From Octopus bimaculoides (Eukaryota), in assembly GCF_001194135.2 (NCBI RefSeq), contig NC_068981.1, forward strand, positions 19,796,350 through 19,860,349: DNA of 64,000 nucleotides, written 5' to 3'. The notes beneath the pieces were generated by a model. The model was given only the letters and a program-made list of their open reading frames with translations, did no database searches and had not been told where the DNA came from. Each line of letters starts with the position of its first letter. The first letter of the stretch is position 1. This document shows positions 24,181-37,811 of the stretch, piece after piece. The position numbers were made by a program, and so were the translations under genes.

Positions 24181-27100
24181 TTTAGAGTTGCTTGCTTTTT
24201 TGAAGTGAATTGTGTGTGTGTGTGTTTTGTGTGTATATGCATGTAGTGTTGTGAATGTGTGTGTGTCTGTGTGTGCTGTGTTGTGAATGTGTGTGTGTGT
24301 CTGTGTGTGCTGTGTTGTGAACGTATGTGCTGTGTTTGTGTTTTGTATTTCCATATGACATGTATTATGTTGTATTATGTAGAGCGTGTTGTATGTGTTA
24401 TGGTGTGTATGTGTGTGTGTATGTTGCAGCTAAAAAAAAAAAACAGAAGTAGATGAAAATAGTAGTGGTGTGGGGGTAGTTAGAGTATGCTATATAAAGT
24501 AGGTCAGAATATATTTTTGTCTATTTTCTTATGAATTAATAAAACTAATCACTGTTCTCCACTCCATTATTTTAGCCACTCTTTTTTGGAGAATTTGTCA
24601 TAAATGTCAAAGTTTAAAAGTAAGCATTAAAATTAAATATTAAATTAAGAACTATGTTCCACCAGTTGACCCTCATACATTCATCTCATAGTATGAAAGT
24701 ATTTGACAAAATAGCCTGAACCAACAGTCACTCACTCAATTAGCTGACATCTTCCTTTGTTTCAAAGAATCTGCCCTTGTTAGTTAGTACTTGTTCTAGA
24801 TCTTACATTCCTATATCCAAGTGTCTTTTAGAGCACTAAATGACTTTTAAGATCAAATACGTGGTATTGCACAATATAAAGCTGTGCTTCAAAGCTGAAC
24901 TGAGTTTGGCCTCACAGTTTCACTATCCTAGCAAATTAGAATGTTTTGTAGCAGTGAAATTTCTGAAACGGTTACTAGGGAAATACTCCATACAGATTAA
25001 TCTTTGTAACTTTTGCTGAGACCTTGTTTAGTGAAGAGATGTGTAGAAGTAACAGGACCAACAACATCCATTTTCTTGTAGAAATGAAGTTGACTTAATC
25101 ATTTTCCTTTCAAATTAGTTGATTGATCAGTAATTTGACCTTTAAAACTCTTCGGTACAATTAAGATGTTAACTTCTTAGTGACAGCAAGTCAGGGGAGA
25201 AAAGAGTATTTTCACAGCCACAGTAATATTATGTGATTGTCTGCATCTGGTGGATATTGGACATTTAATACATCTTTATATCTCTAGCAGCCCTTTAACA
25301 TTGAAATCTGTATTAAAATACTGTGAAAATGAGGAAGAATGGGACAAGAAGAAAAGGAATAGAGAGAAAGAGTGTATTCTTTGACAATCTTCTTCCCAAA
25401 AGGATCTTTTTAAATAACTCAAATTTTTAGGAATTTTAAAGCATTTCTCGTGTAGTACAAATGGTTCCATATTTAATAAACATAACTGTTTCTCTATAGG
25501 TGGCTGGTCTAACATGCCCACCTGGTTTAACACCACTACACGTTCCTCAAGTGTCCTTAGCACAGAGTTCACTCTTTTGTAAACCCATGTTTTCCTGCAT
25601 ATGTTGAAGCTGGGCATCACCTGCATTAATCTTTTCCATCAGTCTATGAGGAGAACCTACCAAGGCCATGGTCACTGCCCTCTTTTCCTTGACCAGCTTA
25701 TAAAAAATATAACGCAATAGCTACACAAAATAATCTGTATTAGATTGCCTTAAGGAGACAGAGTATTTTATTTACTGAAGGATTCTGTTTGCCATATATT
25801 AGATATTTCCTCTCCTAACATATCTCATATTTTCATATTACTCTTTTGCCTTTTGCCTATGTAAACTATTGCTAATCTCATAGAATTCTAGTGTTTATAT
25901 TTTGGTTCTAAAATATACTGATTTCTCCATGGGAATTTAAATGATTATATGTTTTATAAACATAGTAAGTCAGCTGGGATATAGCTTTTGAGAGAGAAAA
26001 AAAATGTGACTGTCTCTTTATAGGTTTACAAGATTTTGTTAGATACGACTTTTTTATTTGATTTTTATTTCCAATTTAAAGCCTAGATTGCTATATTATA
26101 CATTCTCGTGTGTCATTTTATATTGGATTCCAATGTGTTATTATAGATAGGTTGATGGTGCCAAGTTTAAAAGCGCAACAAGGTCAGCCTAAATGTATTC
26201 CATCATTCCAGAGTTAGCAAAAATAATATTAGAATACATTGTCAGCTTATTGAAAGATAAAATGTTCAGACACTCTTTGAGGCTGGACAATGATAAAGCA
26301 AGCATTTCCTTATAGCTACACTAAAACTAGGTTTGTTAATAACTACAATGCCAATATGATGTAGGTGCCTTTTTATGTAAAACTACAGAGTTCTACCCAT
26401 ATGTTTGATACACTTATATGTAGCCTCACTGTTATAAAGCTTAAACCACTTTAGAATGATCAAGCTAACTAGTTTTGTCTTTCAGTAAATTCTCATCAGA
26501 CATCATTTACAAATTTCCTACATGATGTCAACATTAAGAAGTGTAGAGCTACTAAGAAAAAATGTCAACAAGATTGTAACTCAGTTTACATAATAGTACG
26601 AGGTTTACTGCTAGGCTTTAGCAACATTGAGTATGGACACAGTGTGGGTTATGAATAAATGTGTATATAGAATTATATTTATGCACCATGTGCATGAGTC
26701 CTTTACCATTTTGAATTGTCCTCCTCCCCATCCATCCATTAATCTACACACACACACAGCTAATTATTTCCTTCAAACTTTCCCATCCTCTTTGTCCCAT
26801 GACCTCTATTACAATTTACCATGTTTTTCTTTAAAAGGATATTTTGATACTAACTGCTTAAATGAAAAGACAGGTGCTTGCTTATGTTCTTTGTGTTATA
26901 TCTATTTTCTCCCCGCCCCTGCCAGCTAAATAGTGAAACTAGCTGAAACCCTAAAGTTGACACCACCAGCCCATGTCAAAAATGATTCTACAGATGTAAT
27001 GCCAACTTCATAGTTATGCACATGAAAATTAGTCTGCAGCAGATCTGGTTCCAGTTTCTAAATGTCTGACATCTTTTTCTCCAGCTGTTTCTATGGTGAA

Positions 27101-27400
27101 GCAATCAAACGTTTTCTTGGAAAATAAATATGCATTTATTTCTCACACCATCACACCACTGATCCATTTAGTTCACTACTTTCACTCATCAGCTTTATTG
27201 ATAATTAAATTTGTTTTATCCTAAATTCTTTATTTATCATTGTTGGTTTTGTAAACTAAATTACACACATAATACATATATACACACACAGTGTTGAGTT
27301 TGTCTGAAGAAGCAGCTGTATAGTACATAAACTCCAAGCTAACAGGCCTCTGGATTAGCATATCCATGAAAAATCCTATAAAAAAATACCTTGAATTAAA

Positions 27401-27796
27401 TGTGGTAAGAAGCTTGCTTCCCAACCACATGGCTCTGGGTTCAGTCCCGCTGCATCGCACCTTGGGCAAGTGTCTTCTACTATAGCCTTAGGCTGACCAA
27501 AGCTTTATGAGTGGATTTGGTAGACAAAAACTGAAAGAAGCCCATCGTATATGTATATACATATGTATGTATATACCCATGTGTGTATGCGTTTGTGTCT
27601 TTGTCCCTCCATCACTGCTTGACAATCAGTATTGATGTGTTTACATCCCTGTAACTTAGCTGTTTGGGAAAAGAGATCGATAGAATAAGTACTAGGCTTA
27701 AAAATAAGAAAAGAATCCTGGGGTTGATTTGTTTTTGACTAAAAATCCTTCAAGATGGTGCTCCAGCATGGCTGCAGTCAAATGACTGAAACAAGT

Positions 27797-27828
<32 letters not shown>
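27401..27828 (+). mobile_element. SINE family A
   Basis: tgtggtaagaagcttgcttcccaaccacatgg...gactgaaacaagtaaagaaataaaagaaataaaa. Confidence 0.9.
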
Positions 27829-28996
27829 GTATCTTACATTCTTACATGAACTATCCCACGTTAAATATATTCTTTCTTAATTTATCTACAATAAGAACAG
27901 CATCCAAGTGTTTCTGCTATTGCACTCTTGTTTCCCATCTTGGTTTTTTTTCTTCTGTTATTGATCTTTTTTCTAATCACCTCCTCACCCATACAACCCT
28001 GACTCAGCAAACAAATCATAGTAGTGAGAAAGACTGTCTAATCTAATAGGGTACAGCACATCTCCTCTAGTGTTGATACCACTCTGAAATCTACCCATGA
28101 TACTTTGTAAAGTAGTTGGTGAATGAGCAACCAAAGTATATTGGTTCAGACATTCCGGCTGAAGAAAATTAGAAGATATTAGTATTAGTTGACTAAATCA
28201 AACTCAATACATAACTGGTACTACTTTAATATTCTGTATTCAATATCATATCTTAAATGTTCTACATTTAAACATTAGTATCCTAATTATTCACCTCTAT
28301 TTGAACTTCTTGAGACTCATAAAATTGTATCCACTTAATTTGTTCCAAATTTGACTTGAGTGAAGGAATGACAATAGAATATTTCAGTTATTGAAATAAT
28401 CATTTCTAATTGGAGACAAAAAGAAGCTCTAGTGAAAAATGCTATTTCTATTATGTATGATTATTTGACTTTTTTCTTTTATGCTTTTTATCTGTTAATA
28501 TGGAATCTCTTCCAACCAATTTTGTTAAGTGATACTTTTCTGAACACTTCAGGGCAATTCTTATCAGTTAAAAAAAAAAAGAATGTATTCAACAGCTAAC
28601 TTGGTTCAGACCAGCTTATTGTGTCTGGAAAACCTCTCAGCAAAAGATATGTGGTTTTATATCAGGTATTAAAAGAGATTAGAATAATAACTTGGTAGTG
28701 GATGGTGGTGGGGGCTGATGGAGAAATTGCCACAATAAATATATATTGTTAAAAAGAAAAACAAAAAAGTCAATATTAAGAACCCTTGAAGATTTATAAT
28801 CTTAGAAATCTGTGATCTTGAAACAAGTGCTTACAACTGATTGAGCTGTAAGGGGTGGGTGATAAATTAGATATTTTTTTATTCTTTACTTCTCTCTCCT
28901 GATATTTTATTTTATTTTACTATTATTTTTTTTTCTGTTAGTAAATGCTATATTTTGGAATATTCCTGCCCTCACATGTTATTTTCCTTTTTGCAG

Positions 28997-29023
28997 TTTT
29001 AAAACACTCTATTGTTATTATAT
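28997..29023 (+). other. Candidate 27-nt frame-preserving microexon
   Basis: Long polypyrimidine tract ending ttttcctttttgcag; donor T|gtaagat; open in two of three frames. Confidence 0.25.
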
Positions 29024-29730
29024 GTAAGATAAAAGATTGCTGATCATATATAGAATTAGTTGTATTCAGAAGAATTTCTACTATCTCAGATAATATAGCA
29101 ACTAGAAAGATGAATGCTTGAACAGAACAGTGAATGAGTTTATAAGTGTCTCTTAACTATAATTCTATCATATGAAGTACTAGTAAAGATTTTATTTCAT
29201 ATTTTGATCCAGTTGGTCCTGAGTTTTGAAGTAATATATATTTTACTTTGCTTCAGAGAATAGCTATATAAAGAATTTATCTATTTTGATAATGGTTCAA
29301 TTTGCCAAAGAATATAAAGAGGTGTGTGAATATGTCTGCATGTGAATGTCTGTGTCTTTGTACCTGTGTATATGGTTGTATCTGCATGCTTATTTGAATT
29401 ACCAAAAAAAAATATCTCTATGTTTGCATGTTTGTGTCTGTGGGTGACTGAGTTGGTGTGTATTTGTATGAGAACATCTGTATGTGTGTTTATATTTTTA
29501 TGTCTGCATATGTGTGTATGTGTGTACAGGAATGCATCTTTATATGTGTGGAGTATATGTGAATACATGTGTATGTGTGTTTTTGAGTATGTATGCATGT
29601 TTGTGTGAGAGTGTGTGTGTATGTGTTTTGAAATAGATACAGATGGTATTATAATGTAGTACAGCTTTCACTTTGCTTATCTGAATTGTTTTATTGTTGA
29701 AGTTAGTTGATGTAAATAGTTTTGTGTAGG

Positions 29731-30079
29731 TAGCCTCTCCATGTGGTATCTATCCTCTCCACATGACACCTAGCCTCTCCAGCTTAATATATGGTCTCTC
29801 CTGCTAGTGACATCCAGTTTCTACAGCTGATAACTTACCCCATGTGACATAATTTATCCATGAGATGTTCTAACCCCACCTCATGACATTTAACTTCTCC
29901 ATATGATACTTAGCTTCTTCATGTGACATCCAGCCTCTCCAGATGTCACCTAACCTCTCTAAGTAATTAACATCTAGCCTCTCCACATAACACTAGGCTT
30001 CTCCAAATGATGTTCAACCATTCTAGATGACACCCAACTTTTCCATTTGACATTTAACCTCTTCAGGATGACATTCTGG
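29731..30079. repeat. Degenerate 20-bp minisatellite, consensus about TAGCCTCTCCANATGACATC
   Basis: About 17 units with tagcctctcc/taacttctcc recurring at a 20-bp period. Confidence 0.85.
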
Positions 30080-30300
30080 TTAACAACCAGAAAAAAACTT
30101 TTCTAAGAACTTTATATGAATTGTATTATTTGCAACTATTATTTGGATGGTCCCCCTATGATGTAATGTTTGCTATATGATTTTAGCTGGCTGTTTTGAT
30201 TTTGGATGATTAGTGACTAGATATTCATTTTGACTCTGGGTAACTACTATGATTGTTTGATATGGACCTTGGGGTCCATATAAAATTTTTTTGTTAAATT

Positions 30301-30450
30301 CAACTTAAGATGAAAGTAAACAAAGTTGCTTTAGAAGTGTTGAGATATATTGAAAAATACAGAAATAATTTATTCTCAAACACATGATAATGCTAATAAA
30401 ATTGCATGAACCGGTTAAACTATCCATATATTGCATAAAAAAATCATTAC
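30301..30450 (+). repeat. Direct repeat copy 1 (about 150 bp)
   Basis: gatgaaagtaaac...gaaataatttattctcaaacacatgataatgctaata...aactatccatatattgca is repeated at 30591-30746. Confidence 0.9.
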
Positions 30451-30451
30451 C

Positions 30452-30523
30452 AGCCAGCCATGAGACACGAACTCACACCCCTATGATTATGTGTCAAGTG
30501 CTTTACCTTTAAGCTAAACTGCC
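30452..30523 (-). pseudogene. tRNA-Met(CAT)-like pseudogene or tRNA-derived element
   Basis: 72 nt GGCAGTTTAGCTTAAAGGTAAAGCACTTGACACATAATCATAGGGGTGTGAGTTCGTGTCTCATGGCTGGCT: D stem GCTT/AAGC, T stem GTGAG/CTCAT with TTCG, anticodon loop CACATAA; mismatches in the acceptor and anticodon stems. Confidence 0.65.
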
Positions 30524-30590
30524 CAGTAACAAATTGTTCTGCAATTTTAGGATTTATAAATCTAGCTTTATAAGACATTAACATTAAATT

Positions 30591-30746
30591 CAATTTACGA
30601 TGAAAGTAAACAACCAAAGTTTGCTTTAGAAGCATTGAGATATATTGAAAGATACAGAAATAATTTATTCTCAAACACATGATAATGCTAATACAATAGC
30701 ATGAACAGGATAAACTATCCATATATTGCAGAAAAAAATCGTTATG
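30591..30746 (+). repeat. Direct repeat copy 2 (about 150 bp)
   Basis: Matches 30301-30450. Confidence 0.9.
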
Positions 30747-30809
30747 TGCAATAAATTGCTTATACTTCTAGCACCAAATATCATAACAAAGATGAGTAAA
30801 GTTGAAATA

Positions 30810-31025
30810 ATGGTTTCAAATTTTGGCACAGGGCCAGCAATTTGTGGGGAGTGGTTAAGTTGAATACATTGACCCCAGTACTTATTTTACAGGTACTTAT
30901 TTTATCAATTCAAAAGGATGAAAGGAAAAGTGAACCTCTGTGGAATTTGAACTCAGAATATAAAGACATACAAAATGGTGTTAAGGATGTGATGACAGCT
31001 CTATCAGTTCGCCATCTTACTCTGC
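30810..31025 (-). mobile_element. Family N SINE
   Basis: ttttggcacagggccagcaattt...ggatgaaagg...ggaatttgaactcagaa. Confidence 0.8.
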
Positions 31026-32159
31026 TTTGAAATAATGAACATGTTAAAGAAATAGAATAGATCAGCACTCAGTAAATTTTCAATAAACGTTTTTAACTTC
31101 CAGCTCCATGATCAAAGCCACTTTGTCTTTTTGCATATCTTTTACTACTAAGTGTAGGATTTATGGGAATCTGGTTGCTATTTCTAGATCAAGCAACTGC
31201 ATTGAAGCTTCCTTGTTGGCTTAATGGTAAAGTTATACGTTAGTATTTTAATATGAAACTTTGATGTATGAAAGTCTACTGTTAAACATTGCTTTATAAA
31301 ATAAATAAAAGCAAGAAAAGACAAGACTTATTATCAAAACTGTTTCATCTTTTTATAAAAATCAAATATATTAACATACACTTTCAGTTTTGTTTTGATG
31401 ATTTTAAAGTTTTCAAACAAACTGAAATTTGAAAAAATTAACTTATTGTATCTTTTAAACTTCATAAAAAATGTTTATATGCTTAAACAAACTGTCAAAC
31501 ATATATTAAATTAGACAAAAAATAAACAAATAAACTTTAGCTGTGTGAAATCACTGTTTTTTTTTTGTTTGTTTTTTTAAAATGGTAAAAATCAGTTTTT
31601 CCAATTTACAAATTCCATAGTTGAATTATAAATTAAACTAATTTTATTTCTTTGGTATATTAGGTTTAGAAAAAAAAAAAAAAAAAAAAGCTACCTTTGA
31701 AATAAAAACAGATTTGTCATTTCTTTGTATTGATGCTGTAGTTTTCGTCACTATTGTTTTTAGTAATCTGTCTATTTCTGTCAGACTATTTTTTAAAGAT
31801 TTAATGAAGCAGAATGTTGATGTCTTCTGCAATGACAACTGTTCTATTATATACTAAAACCTAATCAACTCTGTAACCAGTGACAAGCACACCCTACCCT
31901 ACCCCTAAATCTACCAATGCTGTCAAGTTGTCACTATAATTATCCTCTTGGAATTGTTAACCATTTCATAAAGGAATGCATGCGCACTTCCAGAATACAT
32001 ATCAAAGAGAATAAAGATGGGAGAACATGTTGAGACTTGAACCCTCAACCTCTTTGTTGACATCTTGGTGTCGTTTCCACTTTTATGGTATTTAGATTTA
32101 GTTCAACTACTGAGTTGCTAATTTATAAATTTTGCTTTGATAGTTCTGTATAATGATTT

Positions 32160-32340
32160 TCTTCTTTTGTTCTTTCACTGGTTTCAGTAATTGGACTATG
32201 GTCATACTGGTGCGTCGATAATTACATTGACCTTAGCACTTCTGTCAACAGCTAGTACTTATTTTATCAATGTTGGAAGGATGAAAGGCAAAAGTGAACT
32301 TAGATGGGATTTGAACTCAGAATGTAAGAGGATATGCCCA
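32160..32340 (-). mobile_element. SINE with a Nin-domain body and an A-type tail
   Basis: ggtttcagtaattggact (A tail) next to ggatgaaaggcaaaag...atttgaactcagaatgtaa (N body). Confidence 0.65.
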
Positions 32341-32529
32341 ATTACTGTACTGTACTGATTCTACAATTTAGCTGCCATAGTCTTGCCTCGGATATATACT
32401 GGAGGAGAATTAAGCCAATAAGGAAGCCTCTACCTGGTCACTTGACCTGCTAGAAACAGGAACTAAATCATATACTATTGCTTTAAAAAAAGGAACATAT
32501 TAGATTAGTGTTGTTCTAGATAGGTGAAA

Positions 32530-32681
32530 GCATGGCTGTGTGGTTAAGAAGCTTGCTTTTCAACCACTGTTCAGGTTCAGTTCAATTATACAGATTTTGG
32601 ATAAGTGTCTTCTACTATAGCCCTGGGCCAACCTATCCCTCATAAGTGAATATAGTAGACGGAAAATGTGTGGAAGCCCAT

Positions 32682-32733
<52 letters not shown>

Positions 32734-32929
32734 CGTGCGCCCATGTGTCTGTGTTTTTATCACACACACTCTACAACTGATGTTGGTTGGTTATGTGCCC
32801 ACAACTTAGTGGTTCAACAACAGAGACCAATAAAATAAGTACCAGGGTCGATTTCTTCAATGAAAACCCTTCAAAAAGATGCCACAGCATGGCTGCAGTT
32901 CAATGACTGAAACAAGATAAAGATAAAGA
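32530..32929 (+). mobile_element. SINE family A
   Basis: gcatggctgtgtggttaagaagcttgc...aatgactgaaacaagataaa. Confidence 0.88.
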
Positions 32930-34380
32930 AGATTCAGATACACTATATCTAAAAAGGTAGTGATGTTCAGGTTGGAACACTTGCTAACTGGTCAGTCTAC
33001 ATTTGTAGGTGAACTGGGGAGTTGCAAACATAATGTTTTACCTGAATAGTATTCTTAGCTATTTCAAATGAAGACTGAAACCAAATTAGAAACCTTGTAA
33101 TGATATCGAGGGAATTTGAAGATATAGGAAATTTAAAATTAGCTTCATTGTTTGTGAATTAAATAGAGGCTAGAGTGATATAAACTTTTGCAATTTTGAT
33201 CATGGCCAAAAAAAAATGAGTGCAGGGTTAATAAGGCAGTATTAGTACAATTTACAAATATGGCATATGAAAGACAGACTGTCTTGCTGAATAACTCTAC
33301 GATGAATTTAATTTAGTCTTAAAAGAGCAGGAATATGAATGAAGAACAAATGTGAGCATTCAGACAGAATGTGTCACTGATGTCTATGGAACAAAGCTAG
33401 CAAGCTAAGAATAGGAACCAAAATTACACAAGTTATTGAAGACAAATTCTGTCACAGTTTCTCATTGATGCACACACACACACACACACAGACACACACA
33501 CACACAGACACACACACACACAGACACACACACACTCAGACATCTATATATTCACATAAACACATATAGAGACACAGATATACACACATATGTTTATGTG
33601 TGTGTGTGTTTATTCATACATGTTGCACAAATGACGTTTCCATACCAATCTCTTTCAATCTTTTTTATTTATTTACCATTCTCGCCCAATTCCATTGAGT
33701 AGATATTCTTCTACAATATTCCACCTGTAGTTATTATATCAATACTACACACAATTTCCTTATTCAGTACAGAATTCTAAGAGATGTATGAAGAAAGGTT
33801 GTGACTTCTTTAATTCAGCTAATATTCTATTAACGAAAGCTAATAAGATCCTTCTTGTAATGGTGAGATTCTTTTGGGAAACTAAAATACTTTAGCTTCA
33901 CAATCTGAACATTTCTTGTTAATAAAGATATGTCTCCTCCACTTCACACACTCATTACATATTGAAAAAAAATTTACACTATTGCAAACCATATTGGCAA
34001 TTATGTTGTTTAAATTTGTCTGCTTGTGATTAATGTAACTTCTTGTTATGTGTGTGAGTGTACATGTGTCTGTGTGTGTGTATATTTTTGCATTCTGTGC
34101 CTGCTTGTCTGTGTATATGTATGATTCTGTAAGAGGTGAAGCTGGGGAATTAGTGGTATTACTGTTTTTTTGTAGTGGAGTGGGAGTGATTGGTAATGTT
34201 GATGGCGATGGTGGGAAGGGTGTTTGTGGCATGGGTGATCTGTTACTAAACCTCATGTAAATCCTCCAGTGTGTGGATCTATCTGACCCATTGAGAATAT
34301 CTATTCCAAGCTGTTGATATTGAGAGTAAATCAATGAGTCAAACTATAGTCTCTGTGTCTGAAATAGGATCCTATGATAG

Positions 34381-34381
<1 letters not shown>

Positions 34382-34426
<45 letters not shown>

Positions 34427-34437
34427 CAGCAGTAGTA
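34382..34437. repeat. (GTA)n microsatellite
   Basis: Direct. Confidence 0.95.
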
Positions 34438-36094
34438 GTACTTGTTGTTGTTGTTGTTTAACTCCAGCTCAAACTTGATTAAACAAACCTGGTCAATGAA
34501 ATTCTAGCCATGATCATTCAAATACAGTGCAACCTGGACTGCACAATCAAGTGTGTCCTGTTAAGATGGTAGGCTAAGATTAGCTACAAATAGGTAATTA
34601 GCAAGAAACAAGCATTAGAACAGACAGCCTTCAATGCTCAAAGTTCAACTACCACTAGTGGCTTGGGTAAATCACCTGACCATAGGACAACAATTGGTTA
34701 TGAAAGTTGCGTAGAGTAGGAGAGGATTGTGGCTGTCTGCTACTTTGTTGTGTCATGGAGGTAAGTGGGGTGTCGAGTGTGGTGTTTGTTGGGTCCTTGC
34801 CAGTAATGTGGAAAGAATTAATAATATTGGTTTTATAACGCTCTATATGTCACCAACATTTTATTCTCAGTTGGATATCATTAATACTCCCCATCTCAGT
34901 TTCTGACCTTACTAATAATGTGAGACTTAGTGAATCTTCTAGGAAATCACTATTATATTTAAACACTAAATAAAGATTGTGCTGTGAGGAAGAAGAAAAG
35001 TGTAACATTTAAGCAGAACCTTTTGTTAGAGAGAGAGAGTGAGAAAGAGAGACAGAGATGAGATGAGATGCCTACTGTTACCAGTAAATATTTCATCAAT
35101 AGCATTTATTCCTCTGTTTGAAATGTTTATGTTAACTACTTGCTGATAGAGACCATCTCTATTTTTCTGGGATTCTGCTGTTTTATTGATGTTATTATTA
35201 TTATTATTTTTGTTTACAAAAGTGCAGCAAAGTGGGTACAAGAGATGCAGTTACCCTCAGGTGTGTGTGAAAGGGCACACAATTTCCACTTGCTTATTAT
35301 GCACACAGTTGCAGGCATGGCTGTGTGGTAAGAAGTTTGCTTCTGAACTGCATCATTTTTGGTTCAGTCCCACTATACAGTACCATAGTCCAATAACTGA
35401 AGCAAGTGGAACACTAAAATTGCTTTTGACCCCAGACACAGAGAACCTTTGCTACACCACAAGTAATTTACCCTAACTAAGCAGCTATATTATTTAAAGG
35501 CATTACAGCTGTGGTCATCCCACATTTTTAAAATGGTAGGCCATAATTTGAGGGAAATTTAGCTGCTGCTATTTCTAGCAGTTTGGAGATCCTTATAGCA
35601 GGTCTCTTGCTACCAGACATGTTTAGTAATTAAAGCAAGCATAAGTCAATGAAATAGAGTTTATTGCCATGAGATCATTAAGCTTTAGAATTGAAACTGT
35701 AGTAGTTTTAGCAACACATAATATTTTAAACATTTTGAGCAATTGTTTTGCACTTACAGGTTTAGAATATTAAACATAGATCTAATATCACCCTAGAGTC
35801 ATAATATTGTTGTAAATTCTATTAATGTTTATTTAAAGAAAGTAACTTTTTTCCATATAAAACAAGCACCTCTTGGGGATTTCTGAGAGCACTGAATTAT
35901 TCAAATGAAAATTTATGTCAACTATTCTGAGGTTAACATTAAGGATCTTCTTTCATAATGAAGGGATTTGTTTTCATCCCTTGTTAGTTCTGATGGTTCA
36001 CTCTGCTACATTAATATTTTATGAATGAATGAAACCTATTGAGGGTTTGACAGATTAAACATCATCTATTTTCTCATGCTGGTATGCTTTGGAC

Positions 36095-36404
36095 TTGCAC
36101 TTCCCAACCTATGGGTCAGGACACAAATTAAGTCATGACATAATTCTTAAAAGGTTGCATAAGCAATATTTTTTTTTCAATTTTTGAAATATTTGATAAA
36201 ATCTAGTATTCATGAGCCAAATATAAATGCTACATCACAACATTTACTATGAACAAAACCTGGGGAATATTTCCACAAGAAAAATATCAAATGCTAATTA
36301 TGTTAAGGTTTTGGAAAATTATGTTTATTGTCTTTATTTAAAGATTTAAAAAAAGGTGTTGATTTTCACAATAGCTTATGATACTAAGAGGTTGGGAAAC
36401 ACTG
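36095..36404. mobile_element. hAT (Charlie-like) MITE
   Basis: Right end GGTTGGGAAACACTG (reverse complement CAGTGTTTCCCAACC); degenerate left end TTGCACTTCCCAACCT; 8-bp flanks ctttggac/gcttagac match at 5 of 8. Confidence 0.55.
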
Positions 36405-36789
36405 GCTTAGACAGATGTGATGTAATATATACATTTCACAATACTTGGTCTTATCTTATATCTGAGTTTCAGTGCCCTGAGAGCTAGTTATCCCTTGCTT
36501 GCTAGGGATTAGATTCCCCTTGATTAGATTCCCCACCCACTATCAGTTTGTAAATTAACTTTTAGAAATTTATTCTTAATTTCTTGAAATTCTCTCCCCT
36601 TTCTTTGAGAGTCACTAATAATTGCAGCTAGGTTTGTTTTTTCTTCCACCTATCAAATTTAGTGTGTCATTCCTCAATTATTTTATCCTGAAAATTAACT
36701 GTACTATTTCTTTCTAAGTCTTCTTCCTCAGTTTTCTTCTGTCACATGTTCCTTCCACTATCAACTTACAGTACTTTTCACCTAGCATT

Positions 36790-37075
36790 TGTCTATGCAT
36801 ATCACCATACCAACACAGTCCTGCTCTCTCAGTTCGCCTGAACTCAGTCTCTCATACAGATTAATATTACATAACTGATGAGATCATATTCATCTCATTT
36901 CTCCAGCATCTGTAGATTTTGTATATTTAATGCTTATGTTTTGCAACCAAACAGCATCATACATCTTACACAAGCTTCATACAGTCTGCCTTTCACAAAA
37001 AGAGAGAAGCATTGTGATATCAACAGATGTAACAACTTCCTGAACATCTTCCCATTTCTTATCCAGTTACTGCAC
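36790..37075 (-). mobile_element. RTE-clade LINE remnant
   Basis: GKMFRKLLHLLISQCFSLFVKGRLYEACVRCMMLFGCKT*AL matches the RTE motif KGRLY.ACVR..ML.G.ETW. Confidence 0.8.
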
Positions 37076-37319
37076 TGATCACTGAAATCATTTCTAGTAC
37101 TAATTAGATCTCATTGAGTTAACAGAAATGAAAAAACCACATCTTGTAACAGTCTGAGTAATTCATGGATCCCTAGAACTAGCAATTCATTTACTAATGA
37201 TACAGATGTAGCTAAAGCCATTAAACATTGACTTATCATATCTATTTCTCTACTATTTTGTTATTTCAACCACAAAAGATGTTTGGAAAATCTATTTTAA
37301 TGAGTGCTTCCTGACTTTT

Positions 37320-37500
37320 CATCATCATCATTTAATGCCCCTTTTACCATGCTGGCATGGGTAAGATGGTTCAACAAGAACCCACAAACCAGATGGTTGT
37401 GCTAAGCTTCAATATTTGCTTTGGCATAATTTCTACTGCTGGATGCTCTTACTAATGCCAATCACTTTACAGAGTGTACTGGATGCATTTTTCATGGCAT
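37320..37500 (-). mobile_element. Family D retroposon
   Basis: atcatcatcatttaatgccc...ccatgctggcatggg...ggatgctcttactaatgccaatcactttacagagtg. Confidence 0.8.
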
Positions 37501-37811
37501 CAGACTAATAAATAGATAAGTTTGTTATGCTTTTGTTGTTGTTATTGTTACATAGCCCCATAAGTCTGTGAGCTGAAATCATTATGTAGTCCCAGCTCAA
37601 CTCTGATTGAGGAGACTCATGATTGGATGTATTCCAGCCAAGACCATCCTATCATACCTAGGACTACATTTCCTATTGAATTTTTTTCTTAAGACACTAG
37701 AATGAGATTTGAGGAACATTTGGCTGCTATTTCTAACAGGTTAAGAGACTGCATTAAAGTTCTCTGTTTTATCATCTGGTGTTTCTGTTTTTAATATTTT
37801 CTGTTAAGAGC

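Noticed and set aside
25276-25700. 116-aa minus-strand ORF and overlapping open frames on both strands
   Set aside because: No recognisable family; splice signals are ambiguous and conflict between strands
30214-30235. miR-279-family seed TGACTAGA
   Set aside because: The rest of the mature sequence does not match and no hairpin partner is visible
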